Positions 11,551-21,157 of a stretch of DNA of 64,000 bases are shown here, piece after piece (the stretch's first letter is position 1; the number at the start of each line of letters is the position of its first letter). The notes below the pieces were generated by a model. That model saw nothing but the letters and a program-made list of their open reading frames with translations, had not been told where the DNA came from and did no database searches. The translations under genes were made by a program, and so were the position numbers. The stretch is taken from sequence record SRR20825006_1074; one strand, written 5' to 3'.

Positions 11551-12038
11551 TGATATGCGGCCTCCAAATGGGCGCGGGCTTTGGCATCGAGGCGGTCAAA
11601 ATGCACGCGGCCATTGAGGTGATCGAATTCGTGTTGGGCGATGCGGGCCTCTGCCCCGTCCATCTCGCGGACATGTGTCTCGCCGTCCAAATCCACCCAA
11701 CGGATCGTGATTCGAGTGGGTCGGGTCACGGGCGCTTCCACACCGGGAATGGACAGGCAGACCTCATCCATTTCGACGCGCTCATCAGAGTGAGACAGGA
11801 TTTCGGGATTGATCATCACGAGGGGCGATTTGACCCCCTCTTTCCACGTCGCATCCATGACAAACAACCGCAGCATCGCGCCGACTTGCGGCCCCGCCAA
11901 ACCGCGTCCCGGAGCGGCATACATGGTGTCAAACATATCCGCGACCAGCTTGCGAATCGTATCCGTGATCTGATCCACCGGGGCACAGAGCGTACTCAGC
12001 CGCGCATCCGGCCAAAGCAAAATCTCCAAAACGGCCAT
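11547..12038 (-). CDS. def: peptide deformylase
   Basis: GRGLAGPQVG, EVCLS, QHEFDHL. Confidence 0.92.
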   Translation of the reverse strand: MAVLEILLWPDARLSTLCAPVDQITDTIRKLVADMFDTMYAAPGRGLAGPQVGAMLRLFVMDATWKEGVKSPLVMINPEILSHSDERVEMDEVCLSIPGVEAPVTRPTRITIRWVDLDGETHVREMDGAEARIAQHEFDHLNGRVHFDRLDAKARAHLEAAYQ

Positions 12039-12559
12039 CAGGCCCGCGTCCGATCACGTTTGAGTTTTTGCATTTTGCGGGTGATCATCTGGCGTTTGAG
12101 CGGCTTGAGATAATCAATGAACAAAATGCCGTCGAGGTGGTCGATTTCATGCTGAACACAGGTGGCCCACAGCGCATCGAATTCCTCTTCATGCGCTTTG
12201 CCTTCGACATCAAGCCAACTCACCCGCACGCTTTTCGGCCGTTCCACATCGGCATATTGACCGGGGATCGACAGGCAGCCCTCTTCGTAGACGTTCTTTT
12301 CCTCGCTCGACCAGGTCACCGCCGGGTTCACCAAGACCATCGGTTCTGGCGTGCCATTGGCCTCCTTGGCGCAATCCATCACCAACATGCGTTTGGTCAA
12401 ACCAACCTGCGGCGCGGCAAGGCCAATACCCGGCGCCTCATACATGGTTTGTAACATATCGTCGGCAAACCGGGCCAAGTCGCGGTCGAACTCGGTCACA
12501 GGGTCACAAACCTTTTTCAGGCGCGGGTCGGGGTGGATGAGGATCGGTTTCAGGGTCAT
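12038..12559 (-). CDS. def: peptide deformylase
   Basis: GIGLAAPQVG, EGCLS, QHEIDHL. Start ATG 12559 (MTLKPILIHPDPRL); the ORF-track extension is antisense to the neighbouring gene. Confidence 0.96.
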   Translation of the reverse strand: MTLKPILIHPDPRLKKVCDPVTEFDRDLARFADDMLQTMYEAPGIGLAAPQVGLTKRMLVMDCAKEANGTPEPMVLVNPAVTWSSEEKNVYEEGCLSIPGQYADVERPKSVRVSWLDVEGKAHEEEFDALWATCVQHEIDHLDGILFIDYLKPLKRQMITRKMQKLKRDRTRA

Positions 12560-12694
12560 GAATATGCATTTAGTCAAACCGCGCCGCCCGCGCAACTCCC
12601 CGCCATCAAAGAGCGCAACGCCCTTGATCAAGAATTGTGGTTTCCCTTCCCCACTCGTGCTGATTACCCTGACCGCAACAAATGAGGAGCCCCC

Positions 12695-13873
12695 ATGACC
12701 CAGCCATTTTTTGATGACGTGATCCCCCGTTTTGGCACCCATTGTTCGAAATGGGACATGATGGAGCCGCTCTACGGTGTGCCGAAAGAAGACGGGATTG
12801 CGATGTGGGTGGCCGACATGGATTTCCGCCCGCCCGCCTGTGTACAAAAGGCGGTGGAAAAAATGGCCGCCCATGGCATTTACGGCTATTTCGGTGATGA
12901 CAGCGACTACCGGGCCGCCATTGGGTGGTGGATGAAAAACCGCCATGGCTGGGACATTGAGCCCAATTGGATTTTTACCACCCATGGTTTGGTCAATGGC
13001 ACCGGGCTTTGCGTTGATACCTTCACCCAACCCGGCGATGGTGTGGTCTTGATGACGCCCGTGTATCACGCCTTTGCCCGCGTGATCAAAGCCGCCGGGC
13101 GCGAGGTTGTTGAATGTGAATTGGCGCTGAATGAGGGCCGCTATACCCTCGATTTCGACGCTTGGGATGCGCAGATGACGGGTCGCGAGACCATGTTGGT
13201 GTTGTGCTCACCGCACAATCCGGGCGGTCGTGTTTGGACCCGCGCCGAATTGGAAGGAGTCGCAGAGTTTTGCAAACGCCATGATTTGATCCTTGTCTCA
13301 GACGAGATTCACCACGATCTGGTGATGCCCGGCCAGACGCATACGCCGATGGCGTTGATTAACGGGATTTCGGATCGTTTGGTGATGATGACGGCGACGA
13401 CCAAGACGTTTAACATCGCGGGCACGCATTCGGGCAATGTGATCATCCCCGATCCCACCTTGCGCGCGCGCTTTGCGGCCCGCATGACCGGGCTTGGCAT
13501 TTCACCCAACTCTTTTGGCTTGGAAATGGCCACCGCCGCCTATTCGCCCGAAGGGGCGGCGTGGGTTGACGCGCTGGTGGATTATTTGGACGGCAACCGT
13601 GCGATCTTCGATGCAGCTCTCGCCACGATCCCCGGTCTGGCCTCGATGCCACTCGAAGCAACCTATCTGGCTTGGGTGGATTTTTCCGGCACCGGCATGA
13701 GCCGCGAAGAGTTCACCGCGCGGGTCGAAAAATCCGCCCGCATTGCGCCCAACCATGGCCCAACCTTTGGCAAAGGCGGTGAAACCTTTCTACGCTTCAA
13801 TTTGGCCACGCCGCGCAGCATTGTCGAAACCGCCTGTGCCCGTTTGACCGAGGCCTTCAGCGATCTTCAGTGA
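12695..13873 (+). CDS. MalY/PatB family PLP-dependent C-S lyase (cystathionine beta-lyase-like)
   Basis: MWVADMDF, CSPHNPGG, SDEIHHDL, TKTFNIAG, ATYLAW. Confidence 0.92.
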   Translation: MTQPFFDDVIPRFGTHCSKWDMMEPLYGVPKEDGIAMWVADMDFRPPACVQKAVEKMAAHGIYGYFGDDSDYRAAIGWWMKNRHGWDIEPNWIFTTHGLVNGTGLCVDTFTQPGDGVVLMTPVYHAFARVIKAAGREVVECELALNEGRYTLDFDAWDAQMTGRETMLVLCSPHNPGGRVWTRAELEGVAEFCKRHDLILVSDEIHHDLVMPGQTHTPMALINGISDRLVMMTATTKTFNIAGTHSGNVIIPDPTLRARFAARMTGLGISPNSFGLEMATAAYSPEGAAWVDALVDYLDGNRAIFDAALATIPGLASMPLEATYLAWVDFSGTGMSREEFTARVEKSARIAPNHGPTFGKGGETFLRFNLATPRSIVETACARLTEAFSDLQ

Positions 13874-14220
13874 AAATTCGGCAAAAGCGCGACCGGGGCG
13901 TCATCGGCCCGGTCGTAATCCAAAGGCGGCTTGTCGGTCGCAGGTGTCGCGCGTTTAAAATCAAAACTCATCTCTTGACCGTCTTCCTGTGCGGCCACGA
14001 TCAGTGCCTGATAGAGGTGCTTTGTACCGTCATACACGTCCACAAGCCCCCGCAAATGCGTGGAATTTTCACGGTCCAGCGCAAACCCCGTTTCCCAAGA
14101 GCGCAGGATCGGATAACTCGCGTCCCCCACGCGCACGCGCAAACGAGAGCGGCGTTTCAGCTTGGCCTTGCGCGCCTGCTCTAAGCCTTCAAGGACTTCT
14201 TTGGGCAGAAAATCAGACAT
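13867..14220 (-). CDS. hypothetical protein
   Basis: MSDFLPKEVLEGLEQARK... 117 aa, GGAGG upstream of ATG 14220. Confidence 0.75.
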   Translation of the reverse strand: MSDFLPKEVLEGLEQARKAKLKRRSRLRVRVGDASYPILRSWETGFALDRENSTHLRGLVDVYDGTKHLYQALIVAAQEDGQEMSFDFKRATPATDKPPLDYDRADDAPVALLPNFH

Positions 14221-14346
14221 CTCGGGCCCTCCCAGGCATTTCACCGATTGAGTGATATGCCAATGATGGCCCAAGTTTGGTTTCGGTCAAGTTAACCGTA
14301 ACGACAGGTTTCACCCCGTCCCCAAGAGTCACCCGATTGCCGCAGT

Positions 14347-15114
14347 TTACCCCGTCACCTTCGGGCGCAGCACATGCGGCATTTTCGGATCATAGAGCGC
14401 ACTGTCTTTGAAATCCGCGACCTCGCCCAAGGCGGGCCCAACAAGGATCAAGGCGGTTCGGGTGATTTTCGCGTCGCGCGCTTTTTCTCGAATGTCGCTC
14501 AACGTGCCACGGATCAACATCTGATCCGGCCAGCCGACACGATACGCTACGGCAACGGGGCAATCCGCGCCGTAATAGGGCACCAATTGCCGTTCGATTT
14601 CACGCAGGTTGCGAATGCCCAGATGGATCGCCAAGGTTGCCCCGGTTTTGGCGAAATTCTCAAGCGTTTCACCCTTAGGCATTGACGTGGATTTCATCGA
14701 CACGCGGGTCAGGATGATGCTTTGCGCGATCTCCGGTATGGTCAATTCCTGCCCCAAAGCGGCGGCGGCGGCGGCATAGGCGGGCACGCCGGGGATGATC
14801 TCATAGTCAATCCCATCGGCGCGCAGACGTCGAATTTGCTCGGCAATTGCACCGTACAAAGATGGGTCTCCACTGTGCACACGGGCAACATTAAATCCAT
14901 TTTCATGTGCCATTTTGATTTCGGCATGGGTGTCATCCAGCGTCATCGGTGCCGTATCCAAAACCCGCGCGCCCTTGGGGGCACAGGCCACCACCTCTGC
15001 GGGGACCAAAGAGCCCGCATACAAACAAACCGGACATTCACCGATGATCCGCTCGGCCTTTTTGGTCAAAAGCTCTGGGTCACCCGGCCCCGCGCCAATA
15101 AAGAAAACAGTCAT
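14347..15114 (-). CDS. cobM: precorrin-4 C11-methyltransferase
   Basis: FIGAGPGDPELLT, YAGSLV, RVHSGDPSLYGAIAEQ. Confidence 0.95.
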   Translation of the reverse strand: MTVFFIGAGPGDPELLTKKAERIIGECPVCLYAGSLVPAEVVACAPKGARVLDTAPMTLDDTHAEIKMAHENGFNVARVHSGDPSLYGAIAEQIRRLRADGIDYEIIPGVPAYAAAAAALGQELTIPEIAQSIILTRVSMKSTSMPKGETLENFAKTGATLAIHLGIRNLREIERQLVPYYGADCPVAVAYRVGWPDQMLIRGTLSDIREKARDAKITRTALILVGPALGEVADFKDSALYDPKMPHVLRPKVTG

Positions 15115-16925
15115 GCGAGGTCTCCATCAATTTTGCGCGCATAGCCACGCGACGTATACATCCGCGGGCCTTCGCCAAGCTGGGCAAGGCGGGAATTGGA
15201 CGAGCCAATGAGTACGACGGTCAGCATATCGACCTCATCCACCTTCAAGTCCTCCAAACGACGATAACGGACATATTCCGTCGGCCGCCCAAGGTTCGAC
15301 GCCAACATCACCGGCGTGTCTGCCGGGCGATGCTGGAGCAAAATATCCCGCGCCTCGGCCAAAAGCGTGCGGCGTTTTTTCGATACCGGATTGTAGAAGG
15401 CGATGACAAAATCGCCCTCTGCCGCCGCCTTGAGGCGGCGAACAATATCCGCCCGTGGGGTCAAAAGATCCGACAGAGAGATGGCGCAGAAATCATGCCC
15501 CAAAGGCGCACCCGCGCGCGCTGCGGCCCCTTGCAGCGCCGAAACACCCGGCGAACAAATCACCTCAACGCGGTGAGCCGCGTCCGATACGCCATGGTCT
15601 TCCGGGTCGCGATCCAGCAGCTCAAACACCAGTGCGCCCATGGCATAAATGCCCGCATCTCCCGAACACACCAGCGCAACATTTTTGCCCTTGGCGGCCT
15701 GTTCCAACGCATAGCGACACCGATCCTCTTCGCCACCCAACGGGAAATCGGAACGGATCTTGCCAACCGCCAACGGCCCCAAAAGATCAATATAGAGGCC
15801 ATATCCAACGAGTTCTTCAGCCTCTGCGACAAGTTTGGACACTTCCGGCGTGCGCCATGCCGCCTGCCCCGGACCGATCCCAACCACGGACAAACGTCCA
15901 CGCGGACGGCCATTGAGCGCGGTGATCACGTCCGTCGAGACCGCCAAGGACGCAGTGGCCATCGCGCTTTTGATCTTCGGCTCGGCCAAACTAACTTTCG
16001 CGCCACCACAGGCCAGAGCGGCGTTTTCGGCCACGCCATGGGTGCCAATTTCCGCAAACACCACCTCAGAACTGGTGGCGCATCGCGGCGTCTCGGCCTC
16101 AAGCTCAAGCGCCGTGAACAGGCGCAGCGGAACATCATAGGATGCAGCCAAGGCCAAGATCGCCGGTTCGTCCGCCTTCAAATCCACGGTCGCAATCGCC
16201 GCCAATGCCTTCGGCGAGATATTGGCCTTTTGCAACAGCGCGCCAACCAGATCGGCAAGCTCCTCAGGTGGGCAATTGCGCGAACAACCAACGCCCAAAA
16301 CGTAGCGCTGCGGGTGATACACAAGCGTTGTATTGCCGGGCGCAGATACATCCTGCACGGTACAGATCAACTCGGCCCCCTCAGCCTGCGAAACATCCGC
16401 CAGCCATATAGCTGTCTCCGCCTCATCGCCCGTCACCGTCGCCCCCCCATGGGCCAACATTGCGGCCATGGTCGATTTGGCATTTTCTGGATTGCCCAAG
16501 CGCCACCCAAGCGGCGGTTCGTCCAAAGCGATGCCCATCGACACGTCGCCCGCCGTCGTGATCGCCGCTTTGGCACCCAGCACCTGCGCGATCTCCAAGG
16601 CCAGCCGATTGGCCCCGCGATGCCCACCCAAAAGCGGCACAACGACTGATCCGTCATCGGAGACCGAAATCACCGGTGGTTCGGTCTTTTTATTTGAGAG
16701 CAGGGGGGCCACGGCGCGGATCAGGATGCCCGAGGCACACACACCAATCACCGGAACGCCTGCCGCAAACAAGGTGCGCACATGGTCTAACGCATTGGCA
16801 AATCTGATCTTTGCCTCTGTGCGCCCCTCGCGTCCGTGGAGTTCAAAACCAAAGGCAACGGCAATGCGGGCGGCGGTCTTTTCGCCGGATGCGTTGAGTG
16901 CGATGACAACCGGGCTCACAGCCAT
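15111..16925 (-). CDS. cobJ: CbiG-CobJ fusion (precorrin-3B C17-methyltransferase with N-terminal CbiG domains)
   Basis: N-terminal LLGGHRGAN/ITTA and GVGC...GVAENAAL (CbiG); C-terminal VVGIGPG, SGDAGIY, HDFCAISLSDLLTP, FYNPVS. Confidence 0.93.
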   Translation of the reverse strand: MAVSPVVIALNASGEKTAARIAVAFGFELHGREGRTEAKIRFANALDHVRTLFAAGVPVIGVCASGILIRAVAPLLSNKKTEPPVISVSDDGSVVVPLLGGHRGANRLALEIAQVLGAKAAITTAGDVSMGIALDEPPLGWRLGNPENAKSTMAAMLAHGGATVTGDEAETAIWLADVSQAEGAELICTVQDVSAPGNTTLVYHPQRYVLGVGCSRNCPPEELADLVGALLQKANISPKALAAIATVDLKADEPAILALAASYDVPLRLFTALELEAETPRCATSSEVVFAEIGTHGVAENAALACGGAKVSLAEPKIKSAMATASLAVSTDVITALNGRPRGRLSVVGIGPGQAAWRTPEVSKLVAEAEELVGYGLYIDLLGPLAVGKIRSDFPLGGEEDRCRYALEQAAKGKNVALVCSGDAGIYAMGALVFELLDRDPEDHGVSDAAHRVEVICSPGVSALQGAAARAGAPLGHDFCAISLSDLLTPRADIVRRLKAAAEGDFVIAFYNPVSKKRRTLLAEARDILLQHRPADTPVMLASNLGRPTEYVRYRRLEDLKVDEVDMLTVVLIGSSNSRLAQLGEGPRMYTSRGYARKIDGDLA

Positions 16926-17632
16926 GGATCGGCCCCTTTCACGATGAGGATCATAGAAAAATACGGCGCCTTTTCAGGCGCTTGTGACAGTGGCAGAACC
17001 ACCTCATGAGGCGTTGAGGCCCGTTCGATATAGACAGCTTCCTCAGTCAGGCCCGCCGTCTCAATCGCCGCGCGCACGCGGGCAAAATGGCGGCCGAGTT
17101 TCATCACCACAAGAGTGTCAGCGCCGTGCAGCACATCCATCGGATGTCCGCCCTCCATGCGTGCGACAAGTTCCGGCGCAGGCAGGATGGTGACCACCTC
17201 ATTGCGCGCCGCCATCGGCACTCCCGCCACTGCGGCACAGGTGGTCACAGAGGTCACGCCAGGCACCACCTCAACCGCATAGTCGCGTTTGAGGCGGGCG
17301 AAAAGATACATGAACGAACCGTAGAAAAACGGATCCCCCTCACACAAAACAACCACATCCTCGCCCGCATCCAATGCAGATCGGATCGCATTCGCGCCGA
17401 TGTCATAAGCGGCCTGTGCGGGGGCGCGGTCCACCGTCATCGGCACATCCATGACAATCTCGCGTGTGCCCTTGGGAATATATGCCGCCGCAATCGAGCG
17501 GGCAAAAGACTCACCACCTGCTAGGGTCGGATAGGCGATCACTTTGGCCTCGCCAATCAGGCGGGCGGCTTTGAGCGTCATCAACTCCGGGTCGCCGGGG
17601 CCAAGGCCGATGCCATAAACTGTCCCGCTCAT
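16916..17632 (-). CDS. cobI: precorrin-2 C20-methyltransferase
   Basis: YGIGLGPGDPELMTLKA, EGDPFFYGSF, PYFS. Confidence 0.95.
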   Translation of the reverse strand: MSGTVYGIGLGPGDPELMTLKAARLIGEAKVIAYPTLAGGESFARSIAAAYIPKGTREIVMDVPMTVDRAPAQAAYDIGANAIRSALDAGEDVVVLCEGDPFFYGSFMYLFARLKRDYAVEVVPGVTSVTTCAAVAGVPMAARNEVVTILPAPELVARMEGGHPMDVLHGADTLVVMKLGRHFARVRAAIETAGLTEEAVYIERASTPHEVVLPLSQAPEKAPYFSMILIVKGADPWL

Positions 17633-18843
17633 GGGGCGCACCCTCCTTTGGTAAGGCTCCATTGGGTGACCGGCATGAACGGCTTCCAGCCCGAAAGAGA
17701 ACCCACAGGTTTAGCGCGCGCCACCGCCATGCGGGTCAGATCACCACCAAATTCGCTGCGCAGCGCAATCAACAGGGCCTCACCTTCCAGCGTCACCGCA
17801 TTGGCAACCAGTCGTCCAAATGGGGCGAGAGCATTCCATGCAGCCTCAAACACAGCGCGCGTCAAACCGCCGCCGATGAACACCGCATCGGGCGGTGGCA
17901 GATCGGCAAGGCCTTCGGGCGCTGTGGCGTCAATCAGTTTGAGACCCGGCGTGCCTAGGGCCAGCGCGTTTTGCACCGCCAAGGCGCGGCGATCGGCGCG
18001 GCATTCGATCCCGATGGCACGGGCATCCCGCGCCGCGCGCATCCACTCAATCGCGACCGAGCCAGAGCCACATCCGATGTCCCATAGCAACGCACCGCGT
18101 CTTGGCGCGAGTTTGGCCAGAGTGACGACACGGACCTCTTGCTTGGTCATATTTCCGTCAGAGACAAAGGCGCTGTCAGGCAAGCCGAAGCGCGGCAAAG
18201 GCGCTGCAGTCTCCTCGGCGATGCACTCGACCGCAAGTGTGTGAAAGTCAGGCACATCATGGGGCCAGCTTGAGGCCATGCCATCAAAGCGGACCTCGTC
18301 TGTGCCTCCCATATGCGCCAAAACACTCAAACGCGAAGGGCCAAATCCACGATCCCTCAAAATAGAAGATATTTCTCGCGGTGAATCGTGGCCTTGTGTC
18401 AAAATAAGCATTTTTTGACCGGGCCTTAGAAAGGGGATGATTTGCTCTGCCGGGCGTCCGTGCACGGTCAATGTTTCCACATTCGCAAGCGACCAGCCCA
18501 TACGCGCCGCAGCGAGTTGAAAGGCCGAAAGTTGTGGGTGGTACAAGATTTCAGCCGGGTCAATGTCTCGCCCGATGCGCGCACCGACCGAATACCAAAG
18601 CGGATCGCCCGTCGCGAACACCACCACGCGACGCCCCCGTAGATCGCGCAACTCGTCAATCAGGGCGTTGAACGGTGAAGGCCACGCCCGGCGTTCACCT
18701 TTGAGTGAAGGGGTGAGCGCATGGTGACGCGCCGCGCCAAAAATCACCTCGGCATCCGCAAGTACGCTACGCGTGGCGGCGCTCAGGCTCTCCAATCCAT
18801 CGTCGCCGATACCGATGATGTGAAGCCATTTCGACATGCTCAT
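17629..18843 (-). CDS. cobL: precorrin-6Y C5,15-methyltransferase (decarboxylating), CbiE/CbiT
   Basis: ATGDPLWY, MTKQEVR, WDIGCGSGSV, DAVFIGGG, NAVTLE. Confidence 0.94.
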   Translation of the reverse strand: MSMSKWLHIIGIGDDGLESLSAATRSVLADAEVIFGAARHHALTPSLKGERRAWPSPFNALIDELRDLRGRRVVVFATGDPLWYSVGARIGRDIDPAEILYHPQLSAFQLAAARMGWSLANVETLTVHGRPAEQIIPFLRPGQKMLILTQGHDSPREISSILRDRGFGPSRLSVLAHMGGTDEVRFDGMASSWPHDVPDFHTLAVECIAEETAAPLPRFGLPDSAFVSDGNMTKQEVRVVTLAKLAPRRGALLWDIGCGSGSVAIEWMRAARDARAIGIECRADRRALAVQNALALGTPGLKLIDATAPEGLADLPPPDAVFIGGGLTRAVFEAAWNALAPFGRLVANAVTLEGEALLIALRSEFGGDLTRMAVARAKPVGSLSGWKPFMPVTQWSLTKGGCAP

Positions 18844-19478
18844 TCGCCGATCTCCGGCAATCCCACAGCCAGTGCATTCACCGCCGCCGAAGCGATAGCC
18901 GAACCACCGCGACGCCCCCGCAACGCGACAAAATCGCACCCCCTCGGGTTACCCGCCAATTCGGCTTTAGATTCCGCCGCACCGACAAACCCCACCGGAA
19001 ATCCAAGGATGACGGCGGGTTTGGGCGCGCCTTGGTCGATCAGCTCCAATAAGTGAAACAGCGCGGTCGGGGCATTGCCAATGGCAACAACGGCCCCGTC
19101 CAAATACGGTTCCCACAGCTCAACAGCAGCGGCAGAGCGGGTGTTGCCGATCTCTTTGGCACGTTCTGGCGTGCGTGGATCATTGAGGGTGACGATCACC
19201 TGATTGCCGGCGGGAAGGTAGCGACGGATGATGCCCGCGCCGACCATTTCGCAATCGCACAGGATCGGCGCACCCGCTTTCAGTGCCGCATGGCCAACCG
19301 CATAGGCATCGGGTGAAAAAGCCAAGCGATCCGCCACCTCAACCATGCCGCAGGCGTGGATCAGGCGGATCGCAAGGCGTTCCATTCCGGCGTCAAACCG
19401 ATCCAACCGCGCCTCTTTGCGCACGGTGGCAAAGCTTTGCGCATAGATCGACTGCGGGTCTTTGTCATAGGGGCGCAC
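18840..19478 (-). CDS. cobH: precorrin-8X methylmutase
   Basis: IYAQSF, TRSAAA, IGNAPTAL, PVGFVGAAESK, GRRGGSA. Confidence 0.96.
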   Translation of the reverse strand: MRPYDKDPQSIYAQSFATVRKEARLDRFDAGMERLAIRLIHACGMVEVADRLAFSPDAYAVGHAALKAGAPILCDCEMVGAGIIRRYLPAGNQVIVTLNDPRTPERAKEIGNTRSAAAVELWEPYLDGAVVAIGNAPTALFHLLELIDQGAPKPAVILGFPVGFVGAAESKAELAGNPRGCDFVALRGRRGGSAIASAAVNALAVGLPEIGE

Positions 19479-19483
19479 CGGGA

Positions 19484-20791
19484 TCAGACCTTAGACTTGC
19501 GCGCGGATTCGGGTCCGTGCGGGTGCTTGGCGTGGGGGTATTCCGGGTGGACGTGATCATGGGAGTGGCCATGGTCATGATGGTCATGATGATGATCGTG
19601 GTCATGGCCGTGGATATGGCTGTGTGCATGACCGTGGCTATGGTCATGATCATGGGTGTGGCCATGAGTGTGATTGTGATGATGGTGCACATGCGCGGTT
19701 TTTTCCAACCGACAAAGCCCCGTACAGAACGTATCGCAAAGCGCACAATCGGCCACGTTTGAACCGGGGGCAGAGGCGCCTTGGCCTTCGACATGGTGGT
19801 GGTGGCTTTCTTGCACCGTACCGACCTCGGCCTCAAACCCAAGCACCTGTGTGCGGTATTTGCACAGCACACAAGTCGGCGGCGGCACATCGCCAAAAGC
19901 CGGATGGCCCTTGCCGTTTTCACGCGCCGCGGCGCGCTCTTTTGGGGTGATTTGACGGGCCTGTTGACCTTCGATCGCAAGCACTTGGGTGCGATAGGCA
20001 CAGATGCCACAGTTCGGGATCGGCACGTCGCCGTCCTGTTCCAATACCCGTTCCGCAAAGGTTTGCAGCACTTTCGGGTGATCATTCAGATAGCCGGCTT
20101 TAACGAATTGAATGTCGGCATGCTCAGCCGCAACTTGGTCGGTGAAACCGTAAATCCGGTCGATCAGGATACCGGTGAAGAGGAAATACGGAAACACGAT
20201 GACGCGTTTGTAGCCGAGTTTCGACACATGTTGCAGGCAGGGTTCGACAAGCGGAAACGTAACACCGGAATAGCCGACCTCGCACCAGCCAAAACCCATG
20301 CCCTCCCACAACATCCGCGCGATTTTCGAGACGTTGCCATTGGCGTCTGGATCAGACGCGCCGCGCCCGATGACGACCAAGGCGGTCTCATGCAGCGGCA
20401 ATTCACCCAACTCTGCATTGGCCCGGTCCACTGCTTCGCGTACCCGCGCACCGGCGGCGGCGATCATCTTGGGATCAACGCCCAATTCGCGACCATAGCT
20501 GACGGTGATGCCATGTTTGGCGGCATAGGTGTTGAGCACGGTCGGGATGTCATTTTTCGCATGCATCGCGGCAAACAACATGCCCGGAACGGCCAAAATA
20601 CGCTCGCAGCCAGCCTCACGCAGACGGTCCAAACCATCACGGATCACCGGATTGGCGAACTCAAGATAGCCGTAATCCACCATCCAATCCGCGGGCAACA
20701 GGGCGGGAAGTTTCTCTGCCAAAACGGCAAATTCGTCCACGGCGGCCTGGCTGCGCGAGCCATGGCCACAAATCATCACACCAGTTTTCAT
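19484..20791 (-). CDS. cbiX: sirohydrochlorin cobaltochelatase, long form with Cys/His-rich tail
   Basis: CGHGSR, GYLEFANP, HAKNDIP, GRGASDPDAN, PYFLFTG; C-terminal CxxC motifs and poly-His. Confidence 0.92.
   Translation of the reverse strand: MKTGVMICGHGSRSQAAVDEFAVLAEKLPALLPADWMVDYGYLEFANPVIRDGLDRLREAGCERILAVPGMLFAAMHAKNDIPTVLNTYAAKHGITVSYGRELGVDPKMIAAAGARVREAVDRANAELGELPLHETALVVIGRGASDPDANGNVSKIARMLWEGMGFGWCEVGYSGVTFPLVEPCLQHVSKLGYKRVIVFPYFLFTGILIDRIYGFTDQVAAEHADIQFVKAGYLNDHPKVLQTFAERVLEQDGDVPIPNCGICAYRTQVLAIEGQQARQITPKERAAARENGKGHPAFGDVPPPTCVLCKYRTQVLGFEAEVGTVQESHHHHVEGQGASAPGSNVADCALCDTFCTGLCRLEKTAHVHHHHNHTHGHTHDHDHSHGHAHSHIHGHDHDHHHDHHDHGHSHDHVHPEYPHAKHPHGPESARKSKV
19553..19692 (-). 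repeat. low-complexity His-codon repeat encoding the CbiX His-rich tail
   Basis: Runs of CAT/CAC/GAC/GAT giving HVHHHHNHTHGHTHDHDHSHGHAHSHIHGHDHDHHHDHHDHGHSHDH. Confidence 0.85.
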
Positions 20792-20797
20792 CTTAAA

Positions 20798-21013
20798 TTA
20801 TGCCTCCTGCGGCTCAGCCTCATGGTCGGGGTCTGCCGCCTCTGGCTCTTGTTTTTTGCCTTTGATAGCCCCCCAAATGGCGGTCGCAATCGCGCCGCCA
20901 ATCAAAACACCCGCAAGCCAATGGTTGTGACCTGCGGCCTCGGCGATATGGCCTGGATGGGCCAGCGCAGGGGCGGCAAAAAATGTAAGCGTGAGCGTCA
21001 TAGCGCGAAACAT
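20798..21013 (-). CDS. small membrane protein with signal peptide and HPGH N-terminus (DUF6732-like)
   Basis: 71 aa; PALA-HPGH...GHNH, one TM helix; AAGGA SD; stop 6 nt before cbiX. Confidence 0.8.
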   Translation of the reverse strand: MFRAMTLTLTFFAAPALAHPGHIAEAAGHNHWLAGVLIGGAIATAIWGAIKGKKQEPEAADPDHEAEPQEA

Positions 21014-21029
21014 GTCATATCCTTGTCGT

Positions 21030-21157
21030 TATGCCCGAATGGGGCGGTCGTGGTTCAAGGAGGCTGGGACACTTGACGATGCTGCGCGCAATCCCCGGTT
21101 TGGGTCGATCCGCCACTGCCAACCTCTCTGGCCCCGTATCGGGGCGTCGTCATAGGT
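21030..21157 (-). ncRNA. candidate structured cis-regulatory leader RNA of the cbiX-cob operon
   Basis: Several stems including a pseudoknot-like pairing (see findings); lies between a putative TTGCGC-N17-TATAGA promoter and the SD. Confidence 0.45.

Noticed and set aside
12560-13069. Apparent 170-aa N-terminal extension of def in the ORF track
   Set aside because: It overlaps the patB-like gene on the opposite strand; PDF homology starts at ATG 12559.
19553-19692. Periodic CAT/GAT repeats as a CRISPR or VNTR
   Set aside because: No repeat-spacer structure; fully explained by His/Asp codons of CbiX (likewise in cobW near 31741-31792).
21030-21157. Second cobalamin riboswitch upstream of cbiX
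   Set aside because: Lacks the GGGAA, GCCCCCGCnACTGT and AGnCAGnAnACC B12-box motifs; reported instead as an unknown leader.
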